DNA of 64,000 bases, taken from positions 45,549 to 109,548 of the forward strand of contig JAFQZM010000033.1 in assembly GCA_017405875.1 (NCBI GenBank), read 5' to 3'. Positions 47,835-58,000 of this stretch are shown here, in pieces. How positions within the stretch are numbered: position 1 is the first letter of the stretch; each line of letters opens with the position of its first letter. The position numbers and the translations under genes are program-made. Source of the stretch: a bacterium (lineage in GTDB: Bacteria; UBP6; UBA1177). The notes under the pieces are model-generated. The model saw nothing but the letters and a program-made list of their open reading frames with translations, was not told the DNA's origin and made no database searches.

Positions 47835-49121
47835 ATGAAAATGGAAATTAAACAATTAGGTCAAGAACTTATTGATTTTATTGACAAATCTCCGACAGCA
47901 TTCCACGCTGCGCAGAATATTGCCGACACTCTGGCGAAAAAGGGCTTCACCGAACTCGACGAGGCAAAACCGTGGAAACTTGAGAAAGGCAAAGGCTATT
48001 TCGTAAGAAGAAACCTCTCTTCGGTCATTGCTTTCAGGCTCGGAACCGATACTCCGGTAAACACAGGCTTCAAAATCGCAGGCGCTCACACAGACAGCCC
48101 GCTTCTTAAAATCAAGGAAAGCGGCGAAAACAAGTCGGCAAACTGCATCCGCGTAACAACTGAAATCTACGGCGGACCGCTTGTTTACACATGGCTTGAC
48201 AGAAATCTGGGCATCGCAGGCCGCGTCATGGTAAAAACCAAAAAGGGCGAAGTCGAAAAGTTGGTCAACATCAACAGACCGGTCGCAATAGTTCCCTCTC
48301 TTGCGATCCACATGAACCGAGAGGCAAACAAAGGGTTTGAATTCAATCCGCAGAACCATCTTCAGGTCATTCTGACTTCAGACGGCGAAGCGAAAAACGT
48401 CCTTAAAACGCTCGTTGCTAAAGAAATCGGCGAAAAACCCGAGAATATCGGTCAGACCGACCTTTTCGTCTACGACCTTCAGGGCGGAACTTTCTGCGGA
48501 ATCGACGACGAAATGATTTCATCCGGCAGACTCGACAACCTTCAGATGTGCCACTCGATCCTGACGGCTTTCCTTGCGGCAAAACCGGGTAAGGCAACAA
48601 CTGTTGCAGCTTTCTACGATAACGAGGAGATCGGCTCACGTACTCCGATGGGAGCAGATTCATCCTTTACGAGAACAATTCTGGAAAGGATCGTCGCACT
48701 CACTTCAAAAGGTGCTGACGACAGATTCGTCGCATTTTCCAAGAGTTTCCTCATCAGTGCCGACGGCGCTCACACGCAGCATCCGAACTTCCCGGAAAAA
48801 CATGATCCGGCTTACGCTCCGAACATGAACAAAGGTCCGGTCATCAAGTTCAGCTCGAGTTTCAGATACGCGACGACCGCAGCGACAAGTTCATATTTTG
48901 AGCAGCTCTGCGCAGGTGCAGGCGTTCCGTGCCAGAAAATAGCGAACCGCTCGGATGTTCCTTCGGGAAGCACGATCGGCCCGATGTCATCAGCCGCTCT
49001 CGGCATAAAAGCAGTCGATGTCGGCAACGCGATGTGGGCTATGCACTCGATCAGAGAAACCGCCGGAACCGCCGATCATTACTACATGACAAAGGCGATT
49101 GAGTATTTCTTTGGAAAATAA
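47835..49121 (+). CDS. M18 family aspartyl aminopeptidase
   Basis: SPTAFHA, GAHTDSP, RLDN, DNEEIGS, SADGAH, GSTIGP, MHSIRE. Confidence 0.95.
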   Translation: MKMEIKQLGQELIDFIDKSPTAFHAAQNIADTLAKKGFTELDEAKPWKLEKGKGYFVRRNLSSVIAFRLGTDTPVNTGFKIAGAHTDSPLLKIKESGENKSANCIRVTTEIYGGPLVYTWLDRNLGIAGRVMVKTKKGEVEKLVNINRPVAIVPSLAIHMNREANKGFEFNPQNHLQVILTSDGEAKNVLKTLVAKEIGEKPENIGQTDLFVYDLQGGTFCGIDDEMISSGRLDNLQMCHSILTAFLAAKPGKATTVAAFYDNEEIGSRTPMGADSSFTRTILERIVALTSKGADDRFVAFSKSFLISADGAHTQHPNFPEKHDPAYAPNMNKGPVIKFSSSFRYATTAATSSYFEQLCAGAGVPCQKIANRSDVPSGSTIGPMSSAALGIKAVDVGNAMWAMHSIRETAGTADHYYMTKAIEYFFGK

Positions 49122-49216
49122 GGTAAAATTTTTTGATATTTTTCTTTTTTTTTGCTAATGTGCGCCCCGATGAGTTTTTTGTTGCTTTAAATTCCATTAT
49201 TTTTTAAGAGGTTGTT

Positions 49217-51136
49217 ATGAAATTGAAAAGTTTAATGCTTTTGGTTTTGATTCCGGTTGCAATGATGCTTGTTTCATGTAATCCGGAAGACGAGTATCTT
49301 GGAAAACTTTACTCGAAAGACACGAGAAACTACGCGATCCAGGGTCTCAAAAAGATGAAAGGCGAGATCGTCAATATGGACAAAGCCTGCTCGAAACTTC
49401 TGAAACTCGACAAAACTCCCGAAGCCGGCCTGGCTGTTCTTACCGCCGGTGAAATCGGCTGCACCCAGTCGGTAGAGAGAATCAGCCAGATCGTTGACGA
49501 ATGTCTTGCCACGACAAACGTCCGTAACCTTAAGACGCTTGAAAGTGCTGCTATGGCTTTCGGACTTCTCGAACAGCCGGCATCCGTTCCTACACTTGCA
49601 AAGTACTTCACTCTTCAGACTCCTGAAGTTCTCGCTCCCGGAATGCGTGAAAAAGCAGAATCTGTTGCAAAACGTGCAGCAATCGAAGCTCTTGCAAAAA
49701 TGCCGAACGAAAGTAAGCACCTTATTCCTGAAATCCTTAAAGTTTTCGACTCGAAAATTGAAGATTTCGGTACAAAATACACCACTGCAGGTCTTCTCGG
49801 CGAATGGCGTGATCCTTCAACGGTTCGTCCGCTCGTAACCGCTCTTTTCTACGAAGAGCAGGGATTCAGCCTTTTCCCGGAAGCAAGAAAATCGCTCATC
49901 AAACTCGGCAAAATGGCTGAAGATGAGCTTATCAAGGCTTACAACGGCGAAAACCCGAAAGTAAACGAAATCCAGAACGCAAACAAGGAAAGAGCTACAA
50001 AACAGTTCTGCCCTGAATACATCGGCAACGAAGAAGCTAAGAAGAAAGGCGAATGCCCGAAAGACGACGAATACATGGCAACAATCGCTTCGATCGAAAC
50101 TACGACCAAACTCAAAACTTCGATCGTTCTTGCCGACATCCGTTCGAAACAGGCAGTTGACATGGTTATAAAAGAGCTTGAAACTCAGCTCGCAACCGAT
50201 AAGAAACAGCCTTTCCTTGCTGAGCACCTTGCAGTTCAGCTTGCAAAATTCGGTGACTTCAGAGCTACAGACACGCTTCTCAAAATGGTCAGCAAGAAGT
50301 TCACGAAAGACACGACCAACGACAAAAAATCCAAAGGTCAGCTTTCAAAAGAAGAAAAAGCTCAGGCTAAGCTTGCAGACAGAGGTCAGGAAATTTCGAT
50401 CATGATGAAAGGCGCTGAAGCTCTCGCAATCCTCGGCGACCCGAAAGCTCTTCCCTACCTTGAAGAAGTCATCAAGCAGAAACCGGTTTCCGAATACAAT
50501 GAAATGAACGAAAAGATCATTTTCTACGAAGCTACCGTCTGGGCTGCTGACGCTCTTACAAGAATGGTTTCCGAGCCCGAAATGGCTGACAGATTCATCG
50601 GAATCGCAAAAGGTGTCATCGAAGAAGGCGAAAAATACGTTGCAAACGTTGAAAAGAAAGCAACTGAAAAAGTTAAAAAGGAACTTCCTGTAGGTCAGGA
50701 AATCACCGCTGACGATATGGATAAGAAAGTCAAGATAGAATCGAGACTTGACGTAAACTACGATTCGACCAACAAGACAGTTGAAATGTTCAAGAGATTC
50801 GTTGACAGAGCAAACGTTGCAAAAGAGTGCAAAGCAGACAACGCATGCTACGTTGCAAAACTTTCCGACAAAAATCCGGCTGTTGTTGAAAAAGCAGTTT
50901 ACATGCTCGGTTACTCCGGCAAACTCGGCGACTACAAAGAGCAGCTTAAACCTGTCATGAAACACGCTGAACCTTATGTCCGCGAAGCTATGTCGGTTGC
51001 TCTTCTCAAAACGGAAGACAAAGGATTTGCTCCTATTCTTGACGAAGTTCTCAAGGCTGAAGGCGACAAAGTCGAATATGCAGCAGCTATGAAGGAATTC
51101 AAGGCAATCTCCAGCTACCTCAGCTCTGTAAACTAA
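49217..51136 (+). CDS. HEAT-repeat lipoprotein
   Basis: Lipobox LVSC; HEAT-like units (AAIEALAKM, AEALAILGDPKALPYL, YVREAMSVAL). Confidence 0.75.
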   Translation: MKLKSLMLLVLIPVAMMLVSCNPEDEYLGKLYSKDTRNYAIQGLKKMKGEIVNMDKACSKLLKLDKTPEAGLAVLTAGEIGCTQSVERISQIVDECLATTNVRNLKTLESAAMAFGLLEQPASVPTLAKYFTLQTPEVLAPGMREKAESVAKRAAIEALAKMPNESKHLIPEILKVFDSKIEDFGTKYTTAGLLGEWRDPSTVRPLVTALFYEEQGFSLFPEARKSLIKLGKMAEDELIKAYNGENPKVNEIQNANKERATKQFCPEYIGNEEAKKKGECPKDDEYMATIASIETTTKLKTSIVLADIRSKQAVDMVIKELETQLATDKKQPFLAEHLAVQLAKFGDFRATDTLLKMVSKKFTKDTTNDKKSKGQLSKEEKAQAKLADRGQEISIMMKGAEALAILGDPKALPYLEEVIKQKPVSEYNEMNEKIIFYEATVWAADALTRMVSEPEMADRFIGIAKGVIEEGEKYVANVEKKATEKVKKELPVGQEITADDMDKKVKIESRLDVNYDSTNKTVEMFKRFVDRANVAKECKADNACYVAKLSDKNPAVVEKAVYMLGYSGKLGDYKEQLKPVMKHAEPYVREAMSVALLKTEDKGFAPILDEVLKAEGDKVEYAAAMKEFKAISSYLSSVN

Positions 51137-51183
51137 TTTCCCGCTTTCCATAATCCGTTCATTCTCACATTTGAGGTTTTCAA

Positions 51184-53058
51184 ATGAAGATAGCCATCGT
51201 CAATGTCAATAAGTCAAGAGTAGTAAAAAACACGGAATACCATGTTTTTACCGCCAAAGCCTTTGTTGAAGCGAGATCCTGGAACGAAATAAGCGCCGAA
51301 ATAGTCAACATCTACATGACTGACGACATGTCGACTTCTGCCGGAATAATAGAAAACCAGCAGGCCGAAATCGTTGTTTTCAGAGTGCTTTACTGGAATG
51401 CGGGCTACATCCTGAAACTGGCGAAATCGTGCAAAAACATGAAGTTTCTCAAAGGACTCTGGGGATACGATACTTTCGCAAGTCCGGAAGAATACTTCAA
51501 AAAGGAGTTTGATTTCGATTTCATCATTCAGGACGAGCCGGAACTTTCGCTTTACGAAATGGCGATGCTGAAACGGAACGGAGAAAGCATAGGAAAAGCT
51601 TCAGGCATAGTTTTCAAGGATAAAAAAGGTCACTCTTTCGTTTACGGCGAAAACCGGGTCCTTGCCGATCTGGACACCATCCCGTCACCTTATCTCAACG
51701 GGATGATACCGGTCAGCGAAACGACTTCGGTTTACTGGGAAATAGCGCGAGGCTGCCTTTTCAAATGCGACTTCTGCATTGATTTTTCGCACTCAGGCAA
51801 TCTGCGCTATCACAGTTTCGCCTACCTTGAAAAAGAGTTGAAGTTTTTTGCCGAAAAAGGTGTTACGCAAATATCTATCGGCTGCCCGATCGCAAACCTC
51901 AGCCATCAGCACTTCAGCAAGATACTTTCAATGATAAACGAGTATCTTCCGAATGCGATTTTCGATATTCCTGTCAGAGCGGATCTTCTTTCGAAAAGCG
52001 ATATCGAAACTCTCGCAGACATGAATGGTTTCCTCAACATCGGACTTCAGACGACAAACCAGAAAGTTCACGAAAATCTTCTCACATCGTTCAATGTCGA
52101 CAAAGCTCTCTCCAACATCAGATACATGGCGAACTTTCCTACCCTGATGTTCGGAATAGACGTGATCGCAGGTCTTCCGAGAATGTCATACGAAGATTTT
52201 CTCAACGATCTTGAAGTCGTTTTCAACCTTTGGCCGATATCTATAAACCTCAAGCATCTTTCGGTCTATCCAGGCACGAAAATCTACAACCGGATGCGCG
52301 AGTTCGGCTACACTATCGAAAATTCATATCCGTACAACGCTGTGGAAAGCGCACAGTTCACCAAAAAGGATATGGAAAAGGCTGACGAACTTTCCGACGG
52401 AATCGATCTCCTTTACAACAAAGGACGCATGGTTTCGATAATCACAATGCTCGCAAAAGGGCTCGAAATGCCGTGCCACGAGATCATCATGCGCTGGAAC
52501 AAGTGGATCAGAAAACAAGCGCCGGATATCGTCGCGGCAGATATTGATTCGATCGAATATTCACGTCTTTTCGGCTATATCCACGAGTTCTTCTCATACA
52601 TTTTCGACCGTTTCCAGAAGAAAAAACTGTGGCCTGTCGCATCCGATCTGCTGAAACACAACCACTTCTACACGACTTCGCTCATGGTCGAAAGCGAAGA
52701 CAAGGTCGCTCTGCCGTATCAGCTTGATACCATCTGCGATTCAACGGTTTTCGGCATCAACGATTCGGCGTTTTTCGACAAATTTTCCTATGACATCGAA
52801 GATTTGATCGACACGGGCTACATCGACCTCAAAAAGTATGCTTCAGAAGTCGACAAAGAGGAGCTTTACGGTGTTGTCTACCGCATTGACGGCTCGGTTT
52901 TTGCGAAAGTCATCTCAAACGAAGAATTCATGGTGTTCGATTATATCCGCTCTAAAGGCAATGTGACATTTGTCGAACTGAAGAAAAAATTCAAGAAAGT
53001 CGATGTTCTCGACATACTCTACACCTGGTGCGAAAACGGCGTTCTCTTTATAGCCTAA
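51184..53058 (+). CDS. B12-binding-like radical SAM protein
   Basis: LDTIPSPY, EIARGCLFKCDFC (CxxxCxxC), IGLQT, DVIAGLP, LSVYPGT. Confidence 0.85.
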   Translation: MKIAIVNVNKSRVVKNTEYHVFTAKAFVEARSWNEISAEIVNIYMTDDMSTSAGIIENQQAEIVVFRVLYWNAGYILKLAKSCKNMKFLKGLWGYDTFASPEEYFKKEFDFDFIIQDEPELSLYEMAMLKRNGESIGKASGIVFKDKKGHSFVYGENRVLADLDTIPSPYLNGMIPVSETTSVYWEIARGCLFKCDFCIDFSHSGNLRYHSFAYLEKELKFFAEKGVTQISIGCPIANLSHQHFSKILSMINEYLPNAIFDIPVRADLLSKSDIETLADMNGFLNIGLQTTNQKVHENLLTSFNVDKALSNIRYMANFPTLMFGIDVIAGLPRMSYEDFLNDLEVVFNLWPISINLKHLSVYPGTKIYNRMREFGYTIENSYPYNAVESAQFTKKDMEKADELSDGIDLLYNKGRMVSIITMLAKGLEMPCHEIIMRWNKWIRKQAPDIVAADIDSIEYSRLFGYIHEFFSYIFDRFQKKKLWPVASDLLKHNHFYTTSLMVESEDKVALPYQLDTICDSTVFGINDSAFFDKFSYDIEDLIDTGYIDLKKYASEVDKEELYGVVYRIDGSVFAKVISNEEFMVFDYIRSKGNVTFVELKKKFKKVDVLDILYTWCENGVLFIA

Positions 53059-54953
53059 GGTCTTCTTTCCGTAAATACGGTATTAAAAAGATTCAGGATT
53101 TCTTCTTCAAAAGTATCTGACGGTTTTTCGGTATTTATGGTTTTCGTCGATTTGTCATCCGAAAAATAGAGGAATTTTTTGTCGAAACCGATTGATTTTC
53201 CCTTTCTATCCGCTGCAAAAAGGCTTTTTCCCCACCATCCCGCCTGTTTTTCGATTCCAAGAATGTGCGCTATCGTCGGTGCAATGTCGGTCTGATTTGC
53301 CCGAGTAGAAAAATCGGCTTCCGGAAGAGCGCGCTTTGAGAAAAAAATGAGCGGCATCTTCGCCAGATTGTTTCTCGGATGTCCCGGAATTTTCGCAGTG
53401 ACGTTGTTTAGCGGGCACGAGTGGTCGGCCGAAATGACAATGAGCGTAGAATCATCGAAAAGCCCCTCTTTATCAAGGTTTTCGATGAAACCGGCGATAT
53501 CGAAATCCATTCTGTCGATTGAAGTGAGCCACAGTTGCGTCGCCCTATCCTTTATATTTTCGATTTTAGGCGCAGACGGATAGTTCAAATGGAGATATTT
53601 CATCTGTCCTGCAGGTGGATGCGTATCGGTTCCCAAAATAGAAACGAACAATTTTTCCTTTTTATTTTTCTTAATATAATCGACCACTTGTTCATAAAGA
53701 ACCCTGTCTTCAAGCCCCCAGCCGTAAATATATTTTTTCAGATTTTCATCTGCAAAAAAGTCTTCACGACCGATAATTTCGGAAAATCCCATATTCTGGA
53801 AAACAAGGTTTTCGTTGGCGAAAAATTTCGAAGCGCTTCTTATGAAAACCGGCTTGAACCCGTGTTTTTTCAGGATTTTCGGCAGCGAATTCCTGTGTCC
53901 CGTCGGTTCCTGAATGTTGTAGTTGGGATGCGAATCGAACGTGACCGTGAGCCCTTGCAGCGTAGGAGATCCGCTCGTGGTCAGATTGGTGAACGTGCGT
54001 TCCATGATGTCGCCGCGGCAGAAAAAGCGGTTTGCGAAATTGCCTTTGATTTTGTCGTTGTAGCAGGGAAGCGCATCAAGCGAAAGAGATTCCGTGAAAA
54101 TGTAGATCACTCTTGAATATTCGCCGGTATCGAGCGGTTTTTCGCCTTTTTTGCCGAGATTTACTCCAAGAGTGTCAATAGTGTCTCTGTATGGTGAAAA
54201 GTCGTTCGTCACCGTAAAATCTTCAGAAAAAAGGCGGTAGTCACCGACGAATTTTTCAGTGACCGGCGTGAGTACTTTGAATTTTTCTCCCAAAGCGGGA
54301 AAAATCACGTCAGTCATAAAATCTATCCACTGATTCTGCGTGACGTAATATATCTGCGCGTTCCTGAAACCGGTTATGACGCGGTCGAACCTTTCGTCTT
54401 TATCAAACAGGCTCGATGCCGAAATATTCAACAAATTCAAGAGTATGCAAACAATAAGCCAGAAAATCGACTTCTTGAAAAGATCCTCTTTCGGAATCTT
54501 TCTTATGCAGAAAAAAGAGATTGCAAAAACAAGGGCAAGAAACGCAAAAATCGCGACAAAACCGTACCACGGAACAAAAGAAGTGACGCTGTAGGGAGTA
54601 ATTAAAGCGAAGTGGCTGCGTTCCACAAGCGTATTGCCGAAGTAGTAAAGCAGAATGTCTGCAACTGCAAGAGTCGTGTTTGCCGTGACGTAAAGCGCCG
54701 GAATGAAAGCTATCCGGAAAACCGCCTTCAAAATCAGCATGAAAAAAAGGAAAAACGCCGCGTCAAACAGAAGTTTTATTGCAAAATGAAAGCATATATC
54801 GGGATCAGTTATTGAAAAACCGTTTTTCTGCGATGCAATGACGAGAAAAATGATGTTGAGCACCGTGAAAAAAACGACGGAGAGTATCTGGAAAAGGTCG
54901 AAACGCGGAAGAAATTTCTTAAAAAATCCTAAAATCTCAGTTTTACCGACCAT
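53055..54953 (-). CDS. LTA synthase-like sulfatase-family membrane protein
   Basis: About 5 N-terminal TMs; IFTESL, catalytic Thr region SGSPT, WGLED, THPP, SADH, QTDIAPTI. Confidence 0.85.
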   Translation of the reverse strand: MVGKTEILGFFKKFLPRFDLFQILSVVFFTVLNIIFLVIASQKNGFSITDPDICFHFAIKLLFDAAFFLFFMLILKAVFRIAFIPALYVTANTTLAVADILLYYFGNTLVERSHFALITPYSVTSFVPWYGFVAIFAFLALVFAISFFCIRKIPKEDLFKKSIFWLIVCILLNLLNISASSLFDKDERFDRVITGFRNAQIYYVTQNQWIDFMTDVIFPALGEKFKVLTPVTEKFVGDYRLFSEDFTVTNDFSPYRDTIDTLGVNLGKKGEKPLDTGEYSRVIYIFTESLSLDALPCYNDKIKGNFANRFFCRGDIMERTFTNLTTSGSPTLQGLTVTFDSHPNYNIQEPTGHRNSLPKILKKHGFKPVFIRSASKFFANENLVFQNMGFSEIIGREDFFADENLKKYIYGWGLEDRVLYEQVVDYIKKNKKEKLFVSILGTDTHPPAGQMKYLHLNYPSAPKIENIKDRATQLWLTSIDRMDFDIAGFIENLDKEGLFDDSTLIVISADHSCPLNNVTAKIPGHPRNNLAKMPLIFFSKRALPEADFSTRANQTDIAPTIAHILGIEKQAGWWGKSLFAADRKGKSIGFDKKFLYFSDDKSTKTINTEKPSDTFEEEILNLFNTVFTERRP

Positions 54954-55032
54954 TACAGTTCCTCAAGCCCAAAAAACAGCCATTTATAATAAATCGGCGG
55001 AAAACTGCAACATATCGGAATTTTATGAATAC

Positions 55033-58000
55033 TTACCGCAGGTTTATAGTTTTGTATTTTCCTCCGAAACAGCTTGAGAAAGTGCTCAATTTGTTGGCGC
55101 ATTTTTTGCAGTTTCTGTTGTCATATTCATCGTAATCACCTTCTTCATCATAAAAAACCACCTCTGTTTCAGAACGTTCACTCTGTACACTTGAATCGGG
55201 TAAAATCGTGAATGTCTTTCCGCAGCCGTAGGCGATTTTAAGCTTTGTGTCGGATGCAAAGTTGTGCGTTTCCACGGCGCACGAATGATCCACATTGGAA
55301 CAAACGTTAAGGGCGCCGCAATCAAATGTGTGGCTGTGGCGTTCATCTTTGAAAAACACAAAATCACCTTTGACCGTAAAGTTGTTCTGATAATTTTTTA
55401 CTGCGGAAACTGAAGAAGATAGAGTATTTTTCCCTTCGCAGACAGAAGGGATCTCGGCATTCAAAGTGAAAGTATAGTCATTTTCGGAAACACATGAGGG
55501 CTTGTCAAAATAGATATTGAGCGCCTTGTCAGCAAAGCTCACAGCTGCTCTGTCAGCCTTTTCATCGGAAGAAAGAAGACAGTACAGAAAGGCGTTGGCA
55601 GAAGACTGCGTAAACTTTTTGACATAGTGGGTCGCATCCGAAAAGGTTATATCGACTTTCATGTTTCTGAACTGACCGGTACTGTCTGTGGACAATACCG
55701 AAGACAATATGCTGTTTAAAGAAGATAACGGCATCTGATAATTTCTGCTGATAACAAGTTTCTGGTTGCTGTCCTGAAGCACGCCGTTGACATATCTGCC
55801 GTAAAGATAAAGCTCTATCTTTGAAATTTCAGCCATGTTTCCGGAATCAGCCGTGACCCTGACTTTGAAAGTATTTCCCTGATAAAGGAACTGCCCTTTT
55901 TGCGGCTCAAGAGAAAGAGTAAGATCGGATATGTCGAAAAATTTGAATTCGGCGACATCTGTTCTTTGAGTCGTGGAGGACTTGCTTTCGACTGAAACAG
56001 TGTAGTATCCGCTTCCGGAAAGCATTGAAGGCAGAATATCACTGTTGTTGGAGCAATTTGCCGAAAAAACGGTATCTCCCTGTTTTGTTATCGTACATTT
56101 GTAATCGACGCCGCTTTTTGTATTCCACCAGAGATTAGATTTGCCGTTACTGGTGAAAAAACTTTCCGTCAGATTTATTTTCAGAGGCTCTACGGCTGTA
56201 AAATCCATAGGTATTGTCAGGGAATGTTCGGAACGGTTGCCGACTTCATCGTAGGCTATGATCTTAAAGTTGTTTATACCGTTGACACTTCCTTCCAGAT
56301 TACAGTAAAATTTGTTGCAGCTTCCATCTATAATACCGTTTGCATTCGGTACATACGAACAACTTTTTATCCAGCCGACTTCCGAAGACTGTATAAAAAT
56401 GCGCATATTTTCAGGGGACGAAAGATTATCACTGTATGAAAACAGAATCTGAGGTTTTCTTGGACCGATAACTATAGCTCCTCCGCTGATGCAGTTCGGA
56501 GAATTCACGCAACGACCGAAAGAAAAGGATGAATTCTGATCTATACATTCAGTAAAAACAGATTTTTCCGTATCGTAAGAGATAAAAACAGGCGGGCGGT
56601 TATCTATAAACACAGAACCTGAAGAATTGCTGAAATTCTCATTCGTACAGTTGCCGACCTCATCGCAAACAGAGATAAAACCTTTACATTCCACAAATAC
56701 GCCGTCTCCCTCAGGCATAAGCAGGTTGAAAAAATCGAGACTTTCGTGTGCAGCGGCATAGCCGCCGGTTTTATCCTGAGAAAAAGAGCCGTTGGAAACA
56801 CCGCAGGAAACCTTCAGAGCCCATTTGACGACATCCTTGTCCGGATCGATAAGGGATGCAGTAAAATAATTTTTATTTATGACACTGTTTTCGAAAAGCA
56901 GTCTGCCGTCCGATTCCAATCTGATAAGCGGCACTTCCGGCGGGGTCGTATCGACCTTGAATGAACCGTAGAGAGTTGAACGGTTGCCGGCATGATCGAC
57001 TGCAAAAAGAGTTATTTTGTAAAGCCCGTCAGCCTCACTTCCGGCAAGCCCCGCATCAATCAGAGCCGTTGCGAACATTTCAGACGAAAGAAAACATTCG
57101 CCCGCAGAACAGCTTTCAGACTCTTCTTCAAAAATGACAGTATCCTCTTCCTCCCACTTGGAAATAGTGAGTTTTATATTTTCGATCCGGCTGTCAGAAA
57201 CACTCCATGAAACATCGACATCTTCAGTTCTGACAGTCACTTCGGGATAATTCAGACTTAAAGAAGGTTTTTTGTTGTCGAGAAAAACTGTCACATCTTT
57301 TTCAGCGGTATTGTAAGCTATATCCTGCGCCGAAACAGAAAATTCGAGCTGTTTTTCCATGGGAACGATTTCATCTTCGGAATATTCCGCGAGCATGACA
57401 AATTCACTGCCGCCACCTGAAAATCCGCTGTTTTCGATACTCTGAGGCTCGATTCTCTTCACCCTGAAAACAAAATCGGACGATTTGCTTTTCAAAGTTA
57501 CGGAGTTGAGATCGGCAATGCTCCCGCCTTCAGGAACAACTCTGAATTTAAGGAGAAAAGCCTTTGCGAAATGAGGTATTGCGCCACTCTGAAAATCATA
57601 CTGAACGAATTCTCCTTTTGTGTAAATGCCTAAATCGCCTGTCACACCGGCATTTTCTTCATCTTCGGTTTCAAAAAGATCGTTAAAACCCAGAATTTCT
57701 ATTTTCGGCCCTGATGAATCGACCGGCACGGGCACACTTTCGGCAGGAAAAAGAAACTGATCGGAATTTGAGGCAATATTCACGACAATAGTACCCAGCT
57801 GCGAAAAAACAGTATCGTTGAAAGAACTCGTAAGAAACCTTTTTATAGAAAGGGCGTAGTAGTATCTGAAAAAGTTTGGATCGAGCCCGGTTTTTTTGTC
57901 ATCTTCACCGAAAAAAAGCGGTGTTTCGCCGTTTTTTCCGTCAAAAACAGTGTCTTTGTAATCTTCCTGCAAAAGCTGCAGAATATTGGAAACATCGTAG

